DNA from: Pirellulales bacterium
GTDB taxonomy: Bacteria > Planctomycetota > Planctomycetia > Pirellulales > JAEUIK01
Length of the DNA: 64,000 nucleotides
Assembly (NCBI GenBank): GCA_019745975.1
Contig: JAIESQ010000030.1
Coordinates: forward strand, 2,513 to 66,512
Reading direction: 5' to 3'
Made by a program: the position numbers and the translations under genes. The notes below the pieces were generated by a model. The model made no database searches, was not told where the DNA came from, and worked only from the letters and a program-made list of their open reading frames with translations. Within the stretch, counting starts at the first letter, position 1. Each line of letters begins with the position of its first letter. Shown piece after piece: positions 19,708 through 26,796 of this stretch.

Positions 19708-21756
19708 ATGGAGACGTCTTGCCAATTCATTTCCCTCGTCACGTTGCGCCGTCTTACGATCGGATGCGTCTTGCTCATCGCGCCAGCGTCGGCGCTGGCC
19801 AACGACTTCTCTTGGACCAATCCGCTCGGCGGGAGCTTCAGCACCGCCGGCAATTGGAGCCCGATCGGTCCCCCCGGAGTTAACGACACCGGCATCTTCA
19901 ATCTCGGCTCGGCCGGCTATGCGGTCTCGGGGGGCAAACTCGCGAGCCTCCAAATCAATAACGATACGCTGACGGGTCTGACCACTGATGCCACGAAGCT
20001 GGCGATCGGTTACCAAGCCGGATCCGACGCGAAGGTGTCGATCAGAGGATCGACTTTGGACGTCGACATCAGCGCGAAATCTCCGCTGGGCGGACTGACC
20101 GTGGGTGCGGCGGGTGACGGCACGCTGGCGGCGTCGAAGTCGTCGCAAGTGAATATCCGGGGTCAGCTCGCGGTGGCCGAGGACAGCAAATCGCACGGGA
20201 TGATCACGGTCGACGATTCCACGTTCGGGACGCCAGGTTTCGGTAGCACCTCGATGATCTCCGCCACGATTGGCGTCGGCGGCAAGGCATCGTTCATCGT
20301 CCAGAACAATTCCGAAGTTAACCTCGTGGGGCCGCTCATGGTGGGTAAAAATGCTGGCGCGGTTGGGTCGATCACCGTCAACCATTCGACCTTTGGCACG
20401 CCCGGCTTCGGCAGCGACGATCTGGCCTCGGTCACGATCGGCGGTGCGGGCAAGGGGGCACTCTCCGTAACAAACGGAGGCCGAGCCAACCTAACCGGGC
20501 CGTTCACCGTTGGCCAATCATCGGGCTCGGAGGGGACCGTCACCGTCGACGGCACCAAGGCCGTCCTGGGAATTCCCGGTTTTGGCAGTGCCGGTTTTGG
20601 CCCAGCCAAGATTGGCGCCGGAGGCAAAGGATCGCTCTCGATTACTGGGGGCGGGGCAGTCTACCTGAACGGCGCCTGGACGATCGGACAAGATTCTGGA
20701 GCGGAGGGGTCGATTCTTGTCGACGGAACGGGATCGAAACTAACGCCGCCAGGATTCGGCTCGAATGCCCTGACCTCGTTCGCCGTGGCGGCGAGCGGCC
20801 ACGGATCGCTGACCGTTATCAACGGCGGACAGGCAAAAATTCCGGTGCCGGTGGTCATTGCGACCAACGCCAGCTCGCAAGGGGTCGTGACCGTTGCTGG
20901 CACGGGATCAAAGTTGGATGCGACGGCGCTGTACGTCGGCGGCTCCACGTCAAGCGCCGGCGGCGACGGTTCGCTAAGTATCACCGACTCGGGAATTGTC
21001 ACCGCTTCGTCCGTCACTGTCTGGTCGAGCGGTCTGGTCGATACGGCAAACTCTCTGCTCATCAGCAACGTCAACAACGGTGGACATTTTCACAACGATG
21101 GCTTCATTGTCGGCAATTTCACGAATCAAGCGGGCGGAGTGCTTTCCGGTGGAGGTGCCATTAGCGGCACGCTGCTCTTGAACGCCGGGAGCACGGTCGC
21201 ACCTGGCGACTCGCCCGGCACGCTTACTGCTGGCGCGATGACCTGGAACGGCGGCGCGGCGTTCGATTTCGAGATCAACCGCGCGCTGGGAAACGTGGGG
21301 AGCGACCCCGGATGGAACCTTCTCAACGTGAACGGCAAGTTGACGCTGGCCGGCACGAGCGCCGTGCCCATGCACGTGAATCTCCAGTCGCTGCTACCGG
21401 ATAACACGCCGGGCAACGTCTCGGATTTCGATTCGTCGAAGGCGTACTTGTGGACTTTCGCGACGGCATCAGGGGGCATCGCCGGCTTCGCGGAAGACAA
21501 GTTCGTCATCTACGCGGGCGGCTTTACAAACCCGCTCGGGATCCGCCATTTTGAAGTGCGCGAGATCGGCAACACGTTGGCGATCGCGTTCGTCGTGCCC
21601 GAGCCGAGCGGGCTGCTGCTGGCTGGCTTGGGCTTGGTGGGAGTATCCATCGCCGCCTGCCGCGGGCATCGACTGCGCGGTCGCTGGCCTGTAACACGCG
21701 GAAAATGCCTGCCCGGCGAACGATTCGGCGCGAACTTTGCGGGCCAGATTGCGTAG
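19708..21756 (+). CDS. PEP-CTERM sorted surface protein with Gly/Ser/Thr-rich beta-strand (T5SS/PEP-CTERM-associated-like) repeats
   Basis: Signal peptide ending ASALA, passenger-like repeats, GSTVAPGDSPGTL, C-terminal VPEPS + hydrophobic helix + basic residues. Confidence 0.85.
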   Translation: METSCQFISLVTLRRLTIGCVLLIAPASALANDFSWTNPLGGSFSTAGNWSPIGPPGVNDTGIFNLGSAGYAVSGGKLASLQINNDTLTGLTTDATKLAIGYQAGSDAKVSIRGSTLDVDISAKSPLGGLTVGAAGDGTLAASKSSQVNIRGQLAVAEDSKSHGMITVDDSTFGTPGFGSTSMISATIGVGGKASFIVQNNSEVNLVGPLMVGKNAGAVGSITVNHSTFGTPGFGSDDLASVTIGGAGKGALSVTNGGRANLTGPFTVGQSSGSEGTVTVDGTKAVLGIPGFGSAGFGPAKIGAGGKGSLSITGGGAVYLNGAWTIGQDSGAEGSILVDGTGSKLTPPGFGSNALTSFAVAASGHGSLTVINGGQAKIPVPVVIATNASSQGVVTVAGTGSKLDATALYVGGSTSSAGGDGSLSITDSGIVTASSVTVWSSGLVDTANSLLISNVNNGGHFHNDGFIVGNFTNQAGGVLSGGGAISGTLLLNAGSTVAPGDSPGTLTAGAMTWNGGAAFDFEINRALGNVGSDPGWNLLNVNGKLTLAGTSAVPMHVNLQSLLPDNTPGNVSDFDSSKAYLWTFATASGGIAGFAEDKFVIYAGGFTNPLGIRHFEVREIGNTLAIAFVVPEPSGLLLAGLGLVGVSIAACRGHRLRGRWPVTRGKCLPGERFGANFAGQIA

Positions 21757-21768
21757 AACGAGATTGTC

Positions 21769-22167
21769 ATGGCTACTGCCCTGCGCTATCTGCCGGTGTT
21801 CGCGAGTGCTCTGGTGCTGTCGTACCCCCAGGCATTTTGCTGCTGCCTGTGGGCGTCGCCTGCCGCTTCGGCCCCCGAGGTTACTTGCTGCGCGAAGTTG
21901 GCCGGTAAGGGCTCTGGGGAACGCGCGCGCCTCGGTCAGCGGACGCCGTGTGAGCCGGGCCTCCGCTGCTGCGGACAGGGCATCTCGGCACTGCCGGAAA
22001 AACCAGTAACGCAGGCGGATCAAGCTCACTTCACGCCGCTTCTGGCGGTGGTCATCGATCGGCCGCTGGTAAGCGTGATCGCTGCCGCGTCGTCGCAGGC
22101 CGAATCTGTTTTGCATGCTGGTCTCGATCCTCCGCTTCACGTGCAGCTCTGCGTGTGGCGTTGTTGA
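21769..22167 (+). CDS. Cys-rich hypothetical protein with N-terminal hydrophobic segment, ending PPLHVQLCVWRC
   Basis: 132-aa ORF with 10 Cys (CCC, CC, CC) directly upstream of the CC-repeat gene. Confidence 0.6.
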   Translation: MATALRYLPVFASALVLSYPQAFCCCLWASPAASAPEVTCCAKLAGKGSGERARLGQRTPCEPGLRCCGQGISALPEKPVTQADQAHFTPLLAVVIDRPLVSVIAAASSQAESVLHAGLDPPLHVQLCVWRC

Positions 22168-22322
22168 TTGTCGCGCGCTGATCACTGACGAGCTCGCCTA
22201 CGGGCTGGCTACAGTGATCGGATTCTGCGTCGCAGGTGCTCTATCGCTGGCGGCGTTGTTCGCGTGCACGGTGCGCGCGTTCGGCTCGCCAGCACCATCA
22301 ACAACGAACGAAGGATAATGCC

Positions 22323-22631
22323 ATGAATAAGAAGCTTATTTCCGGCACCGCGGCCCTAGTGCTGCTGGTGCTTGGCGTGGTCGTGTTCGCGGCGGCGGCC
22401 AATAAGCCGGCAGCCGAAGCCAAAAGCTGTTGCGCGGCCAAGCTGGCCTGCTGCGAAGACGGCGGCAGCGCCTGCTGCGTGGCCGACGAGCGGCTCGGCT
22501 GCTGCGAAAAAGGGATGAAGTGCTGCGCCGAGAAACTCGGTTGCTGCGCGGCGGTGCAGAAGTGCTGCACCGAGGGCTCGAAGTGCTGCGACGAGGCGAA
22601 AGCCTGCTGCGGCGCGAAGGCCAAGAGCTAA
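22323..22631 (+). CDS. Exported Cys-Cys repeat (metallothionein-like) small protein
   Basis: RBS AAGGA; MNKK + hydrophobic signal; nine CC pairs at about 7-residue spacing. Confidence 0.75.
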   Translation: MNKKLISGTAALVLLVLGVVVFAAAANKPAAEAKSCCAAKLACCEDGGSACCVADERLGCCEKGMKCCAEKLGCCAAVQKCCTEGSKCCDEAKACCGAKAKS

Positions 22632-22639
22632 CGCTCGAT

Positions 22640-22691
22640 GGGGACCGACCCGATTTTGCGAGGTCCTTCAAGCAAAACAGGACGGTCGCCC
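22640..22691. repeat. Degenerate GGGGAC...GTCCCC-type palindromic element
   Basis: Arms GGGGACCGACCCGATTTTGC / GCAAAACAGGACGGTCGCCC between convergent genes. Confidence 0.5.
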
Positions 22692-22810
22692 TACGACTGC
22701 AAAGCTGGCCGGCGTGGAGGTGGCGTCGACTGCCTCCACGCCCGGCCGGCGATCTTGCTTGTCCGACGCTCGACTTGCGCGCTTGCCCGCCAGGAAGAAT
22801 CAGCGCGCGT

Positions 22811-23701
22811 TCAAGCGTTGACCACCTCGCCGCCGTTGGGATGTAGCACTTGCCCGGTCATGTACGAGGAATCGCCGCAAGCGAGAAAGACGAAGGCGGG
22901 AGCGACTTCGTCGGGCTCGCCGGGACGTTTCATCGGCACGTCGGCGCCGAAGGTCGCCGTCTGTTCCTCGTCGAACGTCGAGGGAATAAGCGGCGTCCAG
23001 ATCGGGCCCGGCGCCACGGCGTTCACGCGGATGCCGCGCTCGGCCAGCGAGATCGCCAGGCTGCGCGTGAAGGTCACGATCGCTCCCTTCGTCGACGCAT
23101 AGTCGATCAAGTGCGGGCTGCCGCGATAGGCCGTGACCGAAGTGGTGTTGATGATCGCGCCATCGTCGGGAAGAAACTTGAGCGCCTCGCGAGCCATGTA
23201 GAAGTAAGCGAAGACGTTCGTTCGGAACGTCTTTTCGAGTTGCTCGTCGCTGATCTCTTCGAGATTATCGCGAGGATGTTGCTCGGCCGCGTTGTTGACC
23301 ACGATGTCGAGCCTGCCCAGCTTCTCGATGGTTCGCGCGACCGACTCGGCGCAAAAGCGGGGGTGGCCGACGTCGCCCGCCAACAGGATGCAGCGTCGCC
23401 CCTCGGACTCAATCGCGCGTTTGGTCTCCTGAGCATCTTCGTGTTCGTCGAAATAGGCGACCGCCACGTCGGCGCCTTCGCGGGCGTAGAGGACGCTCAC
23501 GGCGCGGCCGATGCCACTATCGCCACCGGTCACGAGCGCCACCTTGCCGGCGAGCTTGCCGGCCGGTTTGTAGGTCGGCGCTTGATAGCGCGGGCGGGGG
23601 TGCATGTCCGACTCGCGACCAGGCTGGCGGTCCTGATGTTGTGGTGGACGCGTTTGGGGTGTTTGCTCTTGATTCGATTGGTGGGTGGCTTGAGCGCACA
23701 T
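22811..23701 (-). CDS. Short-chain dehydrogenase/reductase (YdaD/YhdF general-stress type)
   Basis: TGGDSGIGRA, NNAAEQH, YASTK, VAPGPIWTPLI motifs. Confidence 0.9.
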   Translation of the reverse strand: MCAQATHQSNQEQTPQTRPPQHQDRQPGRESDMHPRPRYQAPTYKPAGKLAGKVALVTGGDSGIGRAVSVLYAREGADVAVAYFDEHEDAQETKRAIESEGRRCILLAGDVGHPRFCAESVARTIEKLGRLDIVVNNAAEQHPRDNLEEISDEQLEKTFRTNVFAYFYMAREALKFLPDDGAIINTTSVTAYRGSPHLIDYASTKGAIVTFTRSLAISLAERGIRVNAVAPGPIWTPLIPSTFDEEQTATFGADVPMKRPGEPDEVAPAFVFLACGDSSYMTGQVLHPNGGEVVNA

Positions 23702-23947
23702 ACCGGTACCTCAGTTCGGAACATCCATCCACGGGCGCGCATTTGCGCAGCAAATCCGCGAAGGCAACTGAGGTGCGATAGTTCACATCCCGCGCCTAGA
23801 CCGGAATATTCTTGTACCTAGGAGGCAGCGGCGGCGGGACGCAGAGCGTTGGTCGACACAAACTACTTGCCGCAAGGGACAGCAGTAGCGCACGGCCATG
23901 ACGATTCCGGGTTAGAGCAGGTGCTGGCTCTTAAACGACCACCCTGG

Positions 23948-26317
23948 CTACTGCAACTCCGCCAGGCCCACGTCGATATACTGCCCGCCGAGACGATTGT
24001 GGCAGTGCACGGCCCAAACGTTCTTGCCCGCACGTAGCGCCTTGCGCCCCTCGTCCGACAGCGCCACCCATTCGTAGTCGGTCGTGTAGCCGGTGGTCTT
24101 CGCGGCCAGCACGCCATTGACATAGATCTCGCACTCCTCGTCGTGATGTACGACGAACACGAGCTTGTCGGGGAGTTGGGCCGGTAGCGTCACCTCGCGC
24201 CGCAGCCAGATGTCGCCCGACTTCCAGGGGGTGCGCACCACTGCACCTGGCGTCCCTTCGGCGCCGAAACCGCCAATTCCCGACTTCCAGCCAGATGCGT
24301 CGAACTCGGGCTTCGTCCAATCGTCGGCCGGCTTCTTATCGGTATAGCGCCACTCGATCGATTCCTCGCGCGCCGTCGGCACGATGATTCGCTCGCGCGG
24401 AAACTTGCCCCGGTTGGCGGCGGCCACGCGGTTCGGGTCGACTTTTACCTCTTCGCGGTCGTAGGTCAGAAGTCCATTGATCTCTTGTTCGACGTCGGTG
24501 AGTTGCGTGTAGACCGCCGCGCTCAGGCCTGGCTTGTCGCGTAGTTGCCAAGTGCGGCGCAGCAGGTTCTGGTAGCCGAGCGTCAGCTCTTCGCGGCCGG
24601 CCGTGCCTCGGTAGCTCCAGGCTTTCCCGGTCCAGACGTGGTTCTCGATGGCCAGCCCTAGCCCGCCAAATTCTCCCAGCACGGCGGCGCGGGTGGGCTC
24701 CGGTTGCGGAGCGCCGGGGCCAGGGTAGGCATGCATGTCGATCACATCGCCGCACTTCTGATCGAACCAGCCGCTGGCGTTGGAAACGATGCGCGTGGGG
24801 TCAAGCTTGCGCACCTGCTCGACCAAGCGCGGCGTGTCGTATTGCCCCCAGCCCTCGTTGAACACCACCCACATGACAATCGACGGATGATTGCCAAGAT
24901 GCTCGATCATCCGTGCGAGCTCTCCTTCGAACTGATCCGCAGCCTCTTTCACCTTGTCGCCGTGCGGCATGTCCTGCCAGACGAGCAAGCCGAGCTTGTC
25001 GCACCAGTAGTACCAGCGGTCGGGCTCCACCTTGACGTGCTTGCGCGACATGTTGAAGCCGAGGCGGCGAGTCGCTTCGATATCGAACTTCTGCGCCTCG
25101 TCGCTGGGGGCCGTGTACAGCCCGTCGGGCCAAAAGCCTTGATCCAGCGGGCCGACCTGAAACAGCGGCTCACCGTTGAACGCCAGTCGCGTGACGCCGT
25201 CGAACTGTTTGAGCTCGATCTTGCGGAGGCCGAAATAGCTGGTGACGTCGTCGAAAGGTTTGGCGCCGTCCCAAAGGCTGAGCGTCAAGTCGTAGAGATG
25301 CGGACGCGTGGGGGACCAGAGCGTTGCATTGGGCAACTCGATTGTGAGCGGGCGGACGGCCTGACCCTCACCCCGCACAACCTCCCGGTCCCCTTCGCGG
25401 ATAATGGCCACGAGCTTCGCGGGCGTGTTGCTGGCCGACGCATATTGGTGCACGCGAATCGTCACTTGCCCCTTGTCGGCGTCGGGCGTGATCTGGAGCC
25501 GCTCGATTCCGGCGACCGGCACTGGTTCGAGCCACACCGTTTGCCAGATGCCCGTGGTCGGGGTGTACCAGATGCCTTCGGCCTTCTTGTGTTGCTTGCC
25601 GTGGGCTTGCGTGCCGGCGTCCGACGGATCGAAGACGCCGACGACCAGCTCTTGGGGGCCGTCTGGTTTTAGCGCGTCGGTAATGTCGAAGCCGAACGGA
25701 TCGTAGCCGCCGCGATGTTCGCCCACTGGCTTTCCATTGATCCACACGCGGGCGTGCCAGTCGACGGCGCCGAACCTCAGCCAGATGCGGCGATTGCGTT
25801 GGCTCTTCGCCCACTCGGCGGGTAGTTCGAACGTGCGTCGATACCAGGCGCGCTCGGTCTGGCGCGTGATGCCGGAGAGTGCCGACTCGATGGGAAAGGG
25901 GACGAGGATCTGTTCGCCCAGCTCGCGACCGATGGGGGGCGGTTCGGCTTCGTCGTTCGCATCGTTTGCATCAACCGTTGCGAACTGCCACAGCCCGTTG
26001 AGATTCAGCCAATCGGCACGGACAAGCTGCGGCCGCGGGTACTCAGGATGGACGCGATCCACAGTGACCTGGCGGCCCCAGCGCGTCATCAGCGGTGCTT
26101 TGCCCGGCTGCCACTCGGCGGCGCGAGCAAACGGAGCCAAACCCGCGATGAGAAGGAGCAGTTTCAAAACCTGGTGTGGGTGCCACTGCTGGCTTGCCGG
26201 CTTGCCCAAAAGCGAATAGTCCTGCACAGCACTGCTAGACGCATCTTGCAGTGGCACCCGACGCCGGTTCAAGGCAGGCTTTGAAACGGTGTCTAGCAAA
26301 CGATGAAGTGATGACAT
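23948..26317 (-). CDS. Exported glycoside hydrolase family 2 with C-terminal galactose-binding-like domain
   Basis: HPEYPRPQL, WLNLNGLWQF, FGAVDW, GPLDQGFWPDGLYTAP, NHPSIVMWVVFNEGWGQ; the N-terminus contains a MITE insertion, so the start is uncertain. Confidence 0.9.
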   Translation of the reverse strand: MSSLHRLLDTVSKPALNRRRVPLQDASSSAVQDYSLLGKPASQQWHPHQVLKLLLLIAGLAPFARAAEWQPGKAPLMTRWGRQVTVDRVHPEYPRPQLVRADWLNLNGLWQFATVDANDANDEAEPPPIGRELGEQILVPFPIESALSGITRQTERAWYRRTFELPAEWAKSQRNRRIWLRFGAVDWHARVWINGKPVGEHRGGYDPFGFDITDALKPDGPQELVVGVFDPSDAGTQAHGKQHKKAEGIWYTPTTGIWQTVWLEPVPVAGIERLQITPDADKGQVTIRVHQYASASNTPAKLVAIIREGDREVVRGEGQAVRPLTIELPNATLWSPTRPHLYDLTLSLWDGAKPFDDVTSYFGLRKIELKQFDGVTRLAFNGEPLFQVGPLDQGFWPDGLYTAPSDEAQKFDIEATRRLGFNMSRKHVKVEPDRWYYWCDKLGLLVWQDMPHGDKVKEAADQFEGELARMIEHLGNHPSIVMWVVFNEGWGQYDTPRLVEQVRKLDPTRIVSNASGWFDQKCGDVIDMHAYPGPGAPQPEPTRAAVLGEFGGLGLAIENHVWTGKAWSYRGTAGREELTLGYQNLLRRTWQLRDKPGLSAAVYTQLTDVEQEINGLLTYDREEVKVDPNRVAAANRGKFPRERIIVPTAREESIEWRYTDKKPADDWTKPEFDASGWKSGIGGFGAEGTPGAVVRTPWKSGDIWLRREVTLPAQLPDKLVFVVHHDEECEIYVNGVLAAKTTGYTTDYEWVALSDEGRKALRAGKNVWAVHCHNRLGGQYIDVGLAELQ
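26153..26295. mobile_element. Second full copy of the MITE-like element, inside the 5' end of the GH2 gene
   Basis: GCAGTTTCAAAAC (26158-26170) ... GCTTTGAAACGGTGTCTA (26278-26295); internal arms align with the 15570 copy; extra GGCTTGCC duplication. Confidence 0.8.
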
Positions 26318-26796
26318 GATTTGAAATCGCCCGTGGCGACGTCTCTGGATTTAGCGAACCCCGGCGACCGGCTAGAAGTGTAGCCGCCCGCAAGGCCCGA
26401 GTCTCCCGGCACACTCGTTATGACTATCACATCCGGACCAAGGGGAAGAATTAGTCGCCCAAATCAGCGCGACGGGGAGCCGCGCGGCAATTCTCCCGGC
26501 GACGTACGGTGCTAGACTTCCGACAGGACTGATTCTGCGAGCGCGGCGCTGCTGCATGCCACGCCACTCTGACGAAAATGCCCGCCGCACGGTTCCTGCT
26601 CAATTTCGCGGCCAGCGAAGCGATACCCTCGGCGATTTGCCGACGCGAGTCGCCCGCCGCAGGTTGCCGAAGTTGAGAACTGACTCATCACGGATTGAGC
26701 CGCTCGGGCATGGACGCGCCCAGGCATGGCGAAGCTCTCGAACATCCTGCGGGATGACGGGACGCGCGCCGCAACGCAATTCGGTGCTCTGCAATC

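Noticed and set aside
26330-26790. 460-bp intergenic region between GH2 and ftsK examined for ncRNA or small genes
   Set aside because: No recognisable motif, convincing hairpin set or coding-like ORF
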